DNA of 63,966 nt, the filler included, from an uncultured bacterium (GTDB taxonomy: Bacteria > Auribacterota > CAZIXI01): NCBI GenBank assembly GCA_964543115.1. It is 3 parts of 3 records of this genome, joined end to end, with 100 filler letters (N's around TTAATTAATTAA, not from the genome) between each part and the next. Parts side by side here need not be neighbours in the genome. Positions count along the whole stretch, not along the records: positions 1 to 23,212 come from CAZIXI010000021.1; 2 more parts are not named here. The stretch is one strand, 5' to 3'. The notes beneath the pieces were generated by a model. It worked only from the letters and a program-made list of their open reading frames with translations, was not told where the DNA came from and made no database searches. A program made the translations under genes and the position numbers. Positions 1-9,500 of the stretch are shown here, one piece after another. The number at the start of each line of letters is the position of its first letter. The first letter of the stretch is position 1.

Positions 1-540
1 GAATACGATCTGGCCTGGGACCAGACGATCGGCGCAAAAACGTTTTTCACTGTTTCCGGTTCCTACCGGGAACGCAAGGTGCCGCAATTAACAGCAAATT
101 CAGCGGGCAGTGAATTCATCCTCACCCGCAAAGACAAATTTACCGGCGCGAATTTCACCCTAAACCGCATCCTCTGCCGCTACCTGGCCCTGGCCGGTGA
201 ATACAGCTTTCTTAAAATAGACGATCAATTAGGTAAGCGCAATGACCAGCAGGTAAGACTTCGTCTGGGGTTTGTTCATCCCAGCGGCTGGGCGGCGGAA
301 ATCACGGAAACCTATACCCAGCAGGAAAACGAAGAATTCGTCCTGGCCGCTCCTTTTGATTCCTCATTCTGGCTTACTGATCTCTCGCTGAGTTACGAAT
401 TCCCGAAAAAACGCGGCAAACTCACCCTGGCAGGTGAGAACCTCTTCGATAAAGAATTTAAATATGTCTCCGACCGCCTCACCCTGGATAATTACCGCCC
501 GGACCGCCGGGTAACCCTAAAAGCGGAATTGTATTTCTAG
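1..540 (+). CDS. C-terminal fragment of a TonB-dependent-receptor-like outer-membrane beta-barrel protein (5' truncated by window edge)
   Basis: Frame is open from base 1 (EYDLAWDQTIGAKTFFTVSGSYRERKV...). Alternating beta-strand pattern, NLFDKEF motif and terminal ...VTLKAELYF with C-terminal Phe, typical of TonB-dependent barrels. Confidence 0.65.
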   Translation, partial: EYDLAWDQTIGAKTFFTVSGSYRERKVPQLTANSAGSEFILTRKDKFTGANFTLNRILCRYLALAGEYSFLKIDDQLGKRNDQQVRLRLGFVHPSGWAAEITETYTQQENEEFVLAAPFDSSFWLTDLSLSYEFPKKRGKLTLAGENLFDKEFKYVSDRLTLDNYRPDRRVTLKAELYF

Positions 541-633
541 AACACAGATCGATCTTTGTTCGCAGATTTTATTGTGTTAGGATTCCACAAACTATTAATT
601 ACTTAAATTTCGGAACGGAGGCAAGTAAACAGT

Positions 634-2886
634 ATGCGGTTTAGATCCTTTTATCTACTGTCCGCTCTTATATTATTCGCCCTCTGTTCTGGAAATGGAT
701 TGGCAAAAGCAATCGATCCGCGCCACGATTATGATTTTATTCTACTCTATAAAGATGGTTCCGGATCATTTGACCTGGCCATAAAAGGCAATGAAGACTC
801 TCAGGCAAAGCTCACGTTTAAACTTGAAGGATTCAGTGTCTACGCAGACCTGTTTCTAACCCAACAATTGGCAGCCGGAAGCCAACCTAATCCGGGCAGC
901 GCTAACTACTACTATATCTATCCACAAAAGATACAGGCAACATACCAAGGCCATATTTCTGAATGGTTCATATTGGATTCTCCTTCCACACATGAAGATA
1001 AAAAGAGCGAAAAGACATGGGCATTTTCTAAAACCATAGATCTTCCTCTTCCAAATATAAATTACAATCCAAATGAAATTGACCGCTGGAAAAGTACTCT
1101 GAGGAAAAAGATGCGGGAAGAAGGTTTCTCTGCCGCCTTCATTGTTACCGATCAGAGAGCTACGGGAGGAACGGTAAGGCTCTTTCCGCTTTTTTCTGTA
1201 AGCCAAGATAACAAACTTTCATTTGTCCAGACCTGGGACTGTTACGCCAAGACAAGCGGCCGAAAATGGAATGGCGAGAGAAGCGGCGAGCAACATCTGG
1301 GAATTTCATTCTGTGATATCGCCATCGGGCTATATTTAAGAGGCGACAAGGCTTTTTCTGTCCCGGGAGTTAAATGGCACAAGTACAGCCAGGAAGATCC
1401 GATTCTGACCCTAGAAGATTTTTCCATAGAACATCTATCCGCTGCCAACGCCGGACAGGCAGAATTTGTTCCATCCTTTTATGAAAGACTTTCCCAAAAA
1501 CCATATACCACGGTTAAAAGTGACAACAACTGCCGAGTAAATTACCAATATAGCATTTCTTTGGAAAAGCTGCTGCAGGGTCTTTTAAAAGAAACTCCAG
1601 AACAGTGGCGGCCGCAAGGCGCTGATAATTCAAATACAGTTCCGCTTACCGCCAAAATAAATGAAGAAGATATTAACGGCATATTCAGATTTACCCTTTT
1701 TGAGGTAACCAGTGAAAAGGGCTATGCCTTGAACGCTGGAACGGATACGGATCGAGACCTCATCTTTGAACGGAACCAGGAAGGATTTTCGGAAGCAGAA
1801 GAGACAGCTGACGGCTGGATTATCGAAACGGAGAACAAAGAACATCAAGCCACTGTTACTGTCCGCGCGCTTGATTACGGTGCCTGGGGCAAACTTAAAG
1901 CGGAATTCCGGATTAACGGACACTGGTATCCCTGTAAGACTGAAAAGGGAAAAACCTATATAACAATCCCCGCTGATGAGGATGAAGACCAGATCGCCGA
2001 TAACTGGGAAAAACAGTATCAGGCAGAAAACGAAGGGGCAACCGCTGATAACGACTCAGCACCTGAGGGGGTGGGCAGTAAACGGGAAGCAGGTGATGGA
2101 TTCACTAATTATGAAGAGTATCGCGGCTTTTTTGTTAATAATGAGTGGACGGATACTGATCCCCGCCACAAAGATCTTTTTATCTATGATGAGTTAGGTT
2201 TAGGGATCGGTTATTTCCAGGAATTGGGACTCCAACTCCACCTCATTGACCAGTTTGAATATGACGAAAACCGTATTGTTAACTACAACCGGGGATACGC
2301 TACCCTGGCCTCACAAGACGGCCAAAAAGGATTATATCTCTGCGGTGAGGATCTGGGAGACGGAACTAACGGCGAGGTCACCGATATCGGCACTCCCAAT
2401 GTGGTTGATAAAGTAATGGTCAATGCCGTTGGAATTTGGGATATCACGGCGGATTATCATGATGGAGACTACCAGTTTTTCAGGACAAACTTCAATCAAG
2501 CAGTCGCCCATGAACTGGGACACGGTGTAGCCTTAATACATCATGGCGCGGATTGGGCCCCGGAATCGGTCTATATCGCTGCCGGCACCAGCAGTGTCGC
2601 GCTGACCGGAGGTAAATGGTCAGGTGATATCGCTTGTGTGATGCGTTATGAACCGCCATGGAAATACCTGGGCTGGGATAACAATATTTACGATTATCCA
2701 GAGGAAGAACAAGGTCCCAGTAGAACCAGTTACTGTACCAGTAAAAAAGGTACCGGGATCAATGCCGGCACTCAGAGGATCGAAAACAACAAAGCCTATC
2801 CCGTTACTGGAGACGCGCGCTATGGTGAATGCCGCCCTTCAGTCACGATAAAAGGATATCTCACATTTAGGGAATTATATGAGTAA
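634..2886 (+). CDS. Secreted zinc metallopeptidase (zincin/metzincin-like) with acidic Ca-binding-type motifs
   Basis: Signal peptide (MRFRSFYLLSALILFALCSGNGLAKA); HELGHGVALIH zinc motif starting at 2509; DEDEDQIADNWE and DGFTNYEEY motifs; GGAGG upstream. Confidence 0.7.
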   Translation: MRFRSFYLLSALILFALCSGNGLAKAIDPRHDYDFILLYKDGSGSFDLAIKGNEDSQAKLTFKLEGFSVYADLFLTQQLAAGSQPNPGSANYYYIYPQKIQATYQGHISEWFILDSPSTHEDKKSEKTWAFSKTIDLPLPNINYNPNEIDRWKSTLRKKMREEGFSAAFIVTDQRATGGTVRLFPLFSVSQDNKLSFVQTWDCYAKTSGRKWNGERSGEQHLGISFCDIAIGLYLRGDKAFSVPGVKWHKYSQEDPILTLEDFSIEHLSAANAGQAEFVPSFYERLSQKPYTTVKSDNNCRVNYQYSISLEKLLQGLLKETPEQWRPQGADNSNTVPLTAKINEEDINGIFRFTLFEVTSEKGYALNAGTDTDRDLIFERNQEGFSEAEETADGWIIETENKEHQATVTVRALDYGAWGKLKAEFRINGHWYPCKTEKGKTYITIPADEDEDQIADNWEKQYQAENEGATADNDSAPEGVGSKREAGDGFTNYEEYRGFFVNNEWTDTDPRHKDLFIYDELGLGIGYFQELGLQLHLIDQFEYDENRIVNYNRGYATLASQDGQKGLYLCGEDLGDGTNGEVTDIGTPNVVDKVMVNAVGIWDITADYHDGDYQFFRTNFNQAVAHELGHGVALIHHGADWAPESVYIAAGTSSVALTGGKWSGDIACVMRYEPPWKYLGWDNNIYDYPEEEQGPSRTSYCTSKKGTGINAGTQRIENNKAYPVTGDARYGECRPSVTIKGYLTFRELYE

Positions 2887-3718
2887 TATTTTTTTAACTA
2901 TAATAAAAAGCAACAAAAAAGGGACATTGCTCGCCCTGATACTTCTCATTTTGCTGGCGCTGTTTTACATTAAGATGACCGGTTGCCTAAAAAAAGTTAC
3001 CTCAAGTGAAACCCCACCTTTAGATATCAGCCTTAACTGTATCCCAGGAACCTCCACAGAACCCTCAATTCTCATTGTGCGTTTATTCAGCCAGAAACTC
3101 CGGCAGTCACTGCTTAATAGAACTGTTGATAAAGACGCTATTGAATTAAACCCCATAGAGATAGTTGTTAATAAAAATATCTGGGAAAAAAATATCTCTT
3201 TTATGGTCTCAGACAAGAAAGAGAGCCAATCTAAAAAGATAAACAAGGGAATTGAAATATTTAAGGCACCGCCCGCTACGAAACTTTCCTTCACTGCAGA
3301 GGACACCTACCAAATTTTCTATAAGATCGCACCAGCTTCTGTTCCGGCTCCCAGAAAGAAAATACAGGCAATCCTTAAAATCGGTAAATACACTATTAAG
3401 TCAAATATTCTGACTATTTCCGAAGAACCAGCTACAAAATATGACCAGCTGCTGCGAAAAGCAAGAATTTCTCTATTTTTGAAAGACGAGAAAAAAACCA
3501 TGGCCGCCGCAGAAACCCTGATCACAGCTCAGCCAAAAGCCGTTTCCGGCTATTGGTATAAAGGACGGGCTTTTGAACTCAAAGAGGATTATAAACAGGC
3601 CTTAGCGGCATATGAGCAAGCACTGAAGAATACAACGCAACTAAAAAAGGGAGTCCACAAAGAACCACCAATACTCATTCTGGAACGGATAAAATGGATA
3701 AAAAAGGAAAATAGCTAG
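2879..3718 (+). CDS. Membrane-anchored TPR-containing hypothetical protein
   Basis: N-terminal hydrophobic anchor (GTLLALILLILLALFYI); C-terminal TPR-like pair (GYWYKGRAFELKEDYKQALAAYEQAL); start overlaps the upstream stop by 8 bp. Confidence 0.6.
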   Translation: MSNIFLTIIKSNKKGTLLALILLILLALFYIKMTGCLKKVTSSETPPLDISLNCIPGTSTEPSILIVRLFSQKLRQSLLNRTVDKDAIELNPIEIVVNKNIWEKNISFMVSDKKESQSKKINKGIEIFKAPPATKLSFTAEDTYQIFYKIAPASVPAPRKKIQAILKIGKYTIKSNILTISEEPATKYDQLLRKARISLFLKDEKKTMAAAETLITAQPKAVSGYWYKGRAFELKEDYKQALAAYEQALKNTTQLKKGVHKEPPILILERIKWIKKENS

Positions 3719-3748
3719 ATCAAGAATCATAAACTAATAGCCTATGAG

Positions 3749-3765
3749 TGTAAATATATTTTACA
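3749..3765. promoter_or_regulatory. Palindromic site TGTAAA-N5-TTTACA, candidate binding site of the adjacent enhancer-binding protein
   Basis: tgtaaatatattttaca ends 6 bp upstream of the -35 box; a similar TGT-N11-ACA site occurs at 12669-12685. Confidence 0.45.
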
Positions 3766-3771
3766 TTTTTG

Positions 3772-3800
3772 TTGCATTTTTTATCGTTTTTTAGTATAAT
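3772..3800 (+). promoter_or_regulatory. Sigma-70 promoter TTGCAT-17bp-TATAAT
   Basis: TTGCAT 3772-3777 and TATAAT 3795-3800 with exactly 17 bp spacing; ATG at 3808. Confidence 0.6.
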
Positions 3801-3807
3801 TTTTCAT

Positions 3808-5265
3808 ATGGAAAAGAAATTAGCTGTGCTTGCCAATACCATGGCCTTGATCAGCTCCTCGCTGGATCTGGATGAGACCCTACAAAAGATCACCGAATCC
3901 ACAACCAAGGCCCTTAATGCCGAGGCCGGCGCCATCCTCTTAACCGGAAAAGACGAAAACACCCTTTTCTTTAAAACTATTTTTGGCGGCGGAGGTGAAA
4001 AACTGCGTAAGGTTTCCCTACGGCTCGGAGAAGGGATTGTCGGCTGGGTGGCCAAAGAAAAAAAGGCGCTGCTTATCCCTGACGCCAAAAACGATTCCCG
4101 TTATAAGTTTGACCTGGAAAATAAAACCGGTTTTGAAACCACTTCGGTAATTGCTGCCCCCCTTTGTTCTGAAGAAAAAGTAATCGGCACCATCGAGGTT
4201 ACTAATCCCACTGATAAACAAGAATTTGCTCCGGAAGATCTGGATTTTCTTAAACTGCTTGCTCCCCAGATTGTCTCGGCAATTAAAAACGCCCAGCGTT
4301 ACAACCACCTGCAAGCCGAGGTTAAGCTGCAGAGCACAATTGTCGGCAATAGCCCCCAGCTCAAACAGGCGCTAGAGTTGGTGGAAAAGGTATCACAATT
4401 CGAAGCCACGGTTCTGGTTACCGGGGAAAGCGGCAGCGGCAAAGAACTGATTGTCCGGGCCATTCACGAAAGCAGCGCGCGCCGTAATGGCCCATTTATT
4501 GCCATTAACTGCACTGCCCTGCCGGAGAACCTGCTGGAAAGTGAACTCTTCGGCCACGTCAAAGGCGCCTTTACCGGCGCGGTGCTTACCCGCAAAGGAA
4601 AATTTGAACTGGCCTCCGGCGGCACCCTGTTTCTAGATGAGATCGGCGATATGAGTGTAAATATCCAAGCAAAGCTCCTGCGCGCACTGGAAACTAAATC
4701 CTTTACGCCGGTAGGCGGAGAAAAGGAAATCAAAGTGGACGTAAGGATTGTTGCCGCTACCAATAAAAATCTGGTCACTGAATCCCAGACCGGCCGGTTC
4801 CGCGAAGATCTTTTTTACCGCCTGAATGAATTCCAGATTTTACTGCCTCCCTTAAGAGAAAGAAAAGAAGACATCCCTTTGTTAATTGACTATTTTATCA
4901 AGGATTTTTCCCGCCAGCTAAAAAAGAAAATCAGCGGAATCGATAAAGAGGCAAAAAATACTTTACTCGCCTATGCCTGGCCGGGTAACATCCGGCAACT
5001 ACGCAGCGTAATCAAACGGGCGATTATCCTGTCCACTACCACTACCATCACCGCCAAAGAACTAGCCGGCCAACTGGAAGAAAAGCGAGAGGAAACGGTA
5101 ACCGCCTATCCAAAAATGACCACGATTATGGAGGTTGAAAAAGAACATATTAATTATGTGCTTTCCCAAACCGCCTGGAACAAGAGTAAGGCCGCCAAAA
5201 CACTGGGCCTTTCCCGTCCAACCCTGGATGCCAAAATCGCCAAATACCGGCTTAGTAAACAATAA
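3808..5265 (+). CDS. GAF-domain sigma-54-dependent transcriptional activator (NifA/NtrC-like, Fis HTH)
   Basis: N-terminal GAF; Walker A GESGSGKE; GAFTGA loop; FLDEIGDM; R finger (FREDLFYRL); C-terminal HTH (NKSKAAKTLGLSRPTL). Start moved from the TTG at 3769 to the ATG at 3808 because of the promoter position. Confidence 0.92.
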   Translation: MEKKLAVLANTMALISSSLDLDETLQKITESTTKALNAEAGAILLTGKDENTLFFKTIFGGGGEKLRKVSLRLGEGIVGWVAKEKKALLIPDAKNDSRYKFDLENKTGFETTSVIAAPLCSEEKVIGTIEVTNPTDKQEFAPEDLDFLKLLAPQIVSAIKNAQRYNHLQAEVKLQSTIVGNSPQLKQALELVEKVSQFEATVLVTGESGSGKELIVRAIHESSARRNGPFIAINCTALPENLLESELFGHVKGAFTGAVLTRKGKFELASGGTLFLDEIGDMSVNIQAKLLRALETKSFTPVGGEKEIKVDVRIVAATNKNLVTESQTGRFREDLFYRLNEFQILLPPLRERKEDIPLLIDYFIKDFSRQLKKKISGIDKEAKNTLLAYAWPGNIRQLRSVIKRAIILSTTTTITAKELAGQLEEKREETVTAYPKMTTIMEVEKEHINYVLSQTAWNKSKAAKTLGLSRPTLDAKIAKYRLSKQ

Positions 5266-5291
5266 TCCAACATAATAGTAACAGAAAGAAC

Positions 5292-5338
5292 TTGACATGA
5301 TTATCTCCAATGAGATAATATTATCTCGTCAAAGATAG
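5292..5338 (+). promoter_or_regulatory. Sigma-70 promoter overlapped by two operator palindromes TTATCTC-N4-(G/A)AGATA
   Basis: TTGACA 5292-5297; TG-A-GATAAT 5311-5319; attatctc-caat-gagataat 5300-5319; second copy ttatctc-gtca-aagatag 5321-5338. Confidence 0.7.
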
Positions 5339-5371
5339 GCCTAATTCTTTTTAGTTAAAGGAGATACGTTA

Positions 5372-5986
5372 ATGGACCCTTTTATCCCAATCATTAGGCT
5401 GTATTTCAGGAATCTACAAAGAAGTTTTACAATCCATGATTTGTCAAAAAAAATGGACCGTAGTTATAGCTTTGTGTATAAAATAATCCACCAGATGACT
5501 GCTCAGGATTTACTAAAAATAACCAAAATTGGCAATGCCAAATCCTGTTCCCTGAATCTGAAATCCCCTACCCTTACTAATTATCTGTCTATGATAGCTT
5601 CTGAAGAAGCGGAAAGGATTCCCGGTAACCTAAAGAACAAATTATCAGAATTTGTGGCAAGAATCCTCAAAAGCACAGAAGCAAATGTACATGCAGTAGT
5701 TTTATTCGGATCATACACTAAGGGAAAAGAAACAAAGAAAAGTGATGTAGATCTATTAATAATAGTACCGAAAAAAGAAATGTACGATAAAGCGATACAC
5801 AAAGAAAGCAACTCCTGGGAGATGCGCTATCCCATTGAATTAAATACCGTGATTACTGAACCATATATATGGCAAAGAATGGTTAGCGACAAAAAATTTA
5901 ATATTTCCAGGGAAATATTAAAAGATGGCATTCCTCTACACGGATCTCAAAAATACTGGGAACTAACCCTGGAAGGTCTGACATGA
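5372..5986 (+). CDS. wHTH + minimal nucleotidyltransferase (MNT) antitoxin
   Basis: N-terminal winged HTH (FTIHDLSKKMDRSYSFVYKIIHQM); LFGSYTKGKETKKSDVDLL (GS-x10-DxD) NTase motif; GGAG RBS. Confidence 0.85.
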   Translation: MDPFIPIIRLYFRNLQRSFTIHDLSKKMDRSYSFVYKIIHQMTAQDLLKITKIGNAKSCSLNLKSPTLTNYLSMIASEEAERIPGNLKNKLSEFVARILKSTEANVHAVVLFGSYTKGKETKKSDVDLLIIVPKKEMYDKAIHKESNSWEMRYPIELNTVITEPYIWQRMVSDKKFNISREILKDGIPLHGSQKYWELTLEGLT

Positions 5987-6546
5987 AAGAAGAAAGACTA
6001 AAAAGGATTCTAGCTGGCTACCAGCGAAAAGGCGTAATTAAATATGATCTTGTTGCCGGCCAATTTTGCCCGGGCTATCTGGAAAAGGCCTACCACGATT
6101 TGGAAACATCCAGGTTATTACTTAACATATCTGACCAACATGAGTTAAAAAACAAATTAACTATAAGTCCTCACTTTATCGCCTATGACTGGGTAATAAA
6201 TATGTGCTATTATTCGATGTATCATGCGGCAACAGCTGCTTTATCAGCCATCGGGCTAGTATCCGCAAATCATACAGCAACTATCTACTCCCTGGAGTAT
6301 AATTTTGTGCACAAATTGGCAATTCTTGAAGAAAACATTATTGAACTAATTACGAAAGTAAGGAAACTGGAGGAATCATTTATAGAAAATTTACTTGAAG
6401 CAAAAAGGATAAGGCAAAGCACTCAATACGCGGTCGGGCCGGAACTAGGAGAAAAAGAGGCTAAAGGACTCGTAAACGATGCCGCTTCCTTTGTCCAAAG
6501 AATGGAAGAACTAGTAAATGAAATTAACAAAAATAAACAGGAGTGA
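5983..6546 (+). CDS. HEPN-domain protein (putative RNase toxin of an MNT-HEPN pair)
   Basis: YYSMYHAATAAL...NH...RQSTQY pattern of PF05168-type HEPN; ATGA overlap with the MNT gene. Confidence 0.82.
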   Translation: MKEERLKRILAGYQRKGVIKYDLVAGQFCPGYLEKAYHDLETSRLLLNISDQHELKNKLTISPHFIAYDWVINMCYYSMYHAATAALSAIGLVSANHTATIYSLEYNFVHKLAILEENIIELITKVRKLEESFIENLLEAKRIRQSTQYAVGPELGEKEAKGLVNDAASFVQRMEELVNEINKNKQE

Positions 6547-6553
6547 TAATTTT

Positions 6554-9500
6554 ATGCTGAACAATACTTTAACCTTACTTGGCTGGCAAAAGAAATCCTT
6601 TTGTTCCGTTTTGTCCCTGCTTATTATGACAATTATACTATTTTCAATTGCCACACCATGCCAAGCACTTAAAATCGATCCGCGCTCTTCCACTAAGATT
6701 GAAAAAGGAGCGGCCATCAAATCCTCCACTTTTGCCAAGGATGAAGACGGCTGGTACAAGAAGGATAAACGGGCCTATCAACAAAAGGGTGCCTACCAGA
6801 TTAACAATATCGGCCAAAAAAAATACCGGATCTGGCGCGGATTTGACACGGAACAGATAGTAGCCGAAGTAGACGTCAAAACCGTACTCGACAAAAATGA
6901 AGGTTATGGATTTGGTTTTATTTTTCGCCAGCAGGGAAAGTCACAGGCCCGCTATTGCTTCTGGATAAGTTCCACCGGCTCCTTTGTTATCTACCGCGTT
7001 AGCAAGGAGGGTAAATACAAGAAACTTGTGCCCTGGAAAAAAGATCCGGTAATTAAAAAAGGACAAGGTGCAGTCAATCACCTGGAGCTGCGGCTATGGA
7101 ATAAACGGCTGGACTTTTATATAAACGGGAAAAAGGTAGCCAGTGTAAAGGATTCCACTTACCCTTCCGGATCCCTGGGGTTTCAGGTCAATAAAAACCA
7201 GCATATTGCTTTTGATAATTTTAAACTATCAAAAAGCCGGTTAAAGAAAATTACCGCCGCCAGCACTGCTCCGAGACTTAATGTCAATCTGGCTGAATTA
7301 GCAGTACCACTGGATTCGGTTTACGAAGAAAAAAAGCAGGTAGTGGCTAATATTCAGAGCCGCGTGCAAGCACCAGACGGCACCATCCTTGTCTTCCCGG
7401 AAAGAGCGCTGTCAAATAATGCCCAGGTTACTCTGCAAAAACTCCAACCGCCTTCTTCGGAAGACCGTGAACCCGTAGTTGTTTATGATATCGATATAAG
7501 TGGCGGTACTTTACAAGAGGCGATAACCATTAATCTTCCTCTTTCCTCCAACAAAGGGGTAAACTCCGCTGATGACGTTCTTGTTTTGCATCTTAATGAA
7601 CAAAAAATGATCTGGGAACAGTTAAAGGTAACCCTGGCCCCAGACCTTAGATCCGTCAGTTTCCGCACTGACAAATTGTCCAAATTCGCACTGAAAGAAC
7701 CCGGCTGGTTCCTCCCCTGGCGAAACTACTATGAAGAAGCAATAAAAGACCGTCGCACCGCCGGCCCCCTTGCCGTTCCTTATTATGCCCAGGGTGAATA
7801 CGGTTGGTGTTGGGCTGCCTCCCTGTCAATGATTGACGGCTTTGAGGGTGCGATGACCAAAATATGGGAAGTGGCTGCTTACTTTCAAGTCGCAGATAAT
7901 GATGCGGCCAGTAGTCCCGGCAAGATGCAAAAATTCCTCCAGGCCCGTCACCCTACCTACAGCACAGATACAAAATCTTTCTGGAGTTCCAAGGCGCTCA
8001 ACGGTTACCTCATGTATCACCTGGACCGGAATCATCCCATCTGGATCGGTCTACCTTATGCCGCTCACGCCGTTGTTGTCGTCGGTTATGATATTGATCA
8101 TATTTATGTACATGATCCCTCCGGCGCCCTAATAAAAAGAACCGGTGGTGAAGATCCCAGAACCGTAGCTCAGCAGGGCCGTCTCGGCGCCTACCGCATT
8201 CCCCTTGACCGCTGGAACATGGTAACCACTGGCAACTGGATGAAGGGTGCCTGGGACGAAACAGCTGATGTTCCCGGAGCCCAGCAAACTTTTAGCGGCA
8301 TTGTCTGGCCGGTAGGCTGCCTGGTCATAACCTCCCCGCCATCGGCAGGCAAAACCCAATCACTGCAATTAATGTCCTGGGAATCTTTTGACCTGGAACG
8401 GCATTATGTCAGCAGCGACGGCCGTGTAGCCATAAACAGTATTGATTTCTACTGGAACGGAAAAAATAAATGGGGATGCTCCTGGAAAGAGGGAGGAGAG
8501 GGAGGGAAAAAAACCCTTATCTGCAATAGTGACCAGATTAGATCCTTAACCCCCTTTCTCTCCAACACACTAACCGGCACACAATCAATGAAGGTGGAAG
8601 TATTGCTTGATAAAACAAAATTTGCCGAAGAAGAAACAGATTTGCCCGGTAAAATTGTGCAACAAGCGCGTAAGTTAAGCTCTTTCTCCCAGAATATGAA
8701 TTTTGCCAGCCGGCCCCTTTCTATTGGCCAACACCTTTTCGAGTTCCGGTTGCGTAAAGGTGATCAGCTAGTTGACCAAGCGAAAATATTTTTTAACATG
8801 GCACCAGCCTTGGTAAGAGATGTACGTGTTCTGCAAACAGACACAAAAACATTGAAAATCAGCTGGAGCCCGAATCCAGAAGAGGCAAATTTCGGCACAC
8901 CGCTCACCTACCGGATAATGCGCTCCCGCGGCCGCAATCTAAATACCTTGCAAACCATCGGTCAAGTAGGTCCGGGTAAGTATGAATTCAAATATACCAT
9001 CCCCAAGAAAGACCGTAAAAAGAACTTCAACTATACAGTCTGGGCAATTGAGCCCAAAACAAAACTAGAGAGTCCCTCCGCTGTTTTTAATAGACCTGAA
9101 AAAGATAAAGGAGCAGGATATCTGCCGCTCCTCTACGGCACCCGGCTGGAATACAGTTACGATCTCAGCCAGATAAAGAAAATGATCATGCAGACCGACG
9201 ACGGCACTATTCGTAAATTCAGCATGCAAAACAGTGAGGTCTGGGAGGTTACCGGTGGTGAAGAACTGACCATCACGAGTACTAATAAGGTCAATGCTGT
9301 GCTGGCTGATGAGAAGGGAAATACCGTTAACATGAACACCTCGGAAACAACAAGCACCATCCAGTCTTTTACCAAAAGCGACGATACCGTTACATTCGGC
9401 GACTCCACGGTCCGCCGCCAGACAAAAGGTAATTACGGTAATCAATCCGCTAATGTCAGAATAGAAATGAGTGTGCGAGTTAATCCAGCCTTAATCGTTA

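Noticed and set aside
541..560. aacacagatc-gatctttgtt hairpin as a terminator
   Set aside because: One mismatch, no real loop and no clear U-tract; too weak to call.
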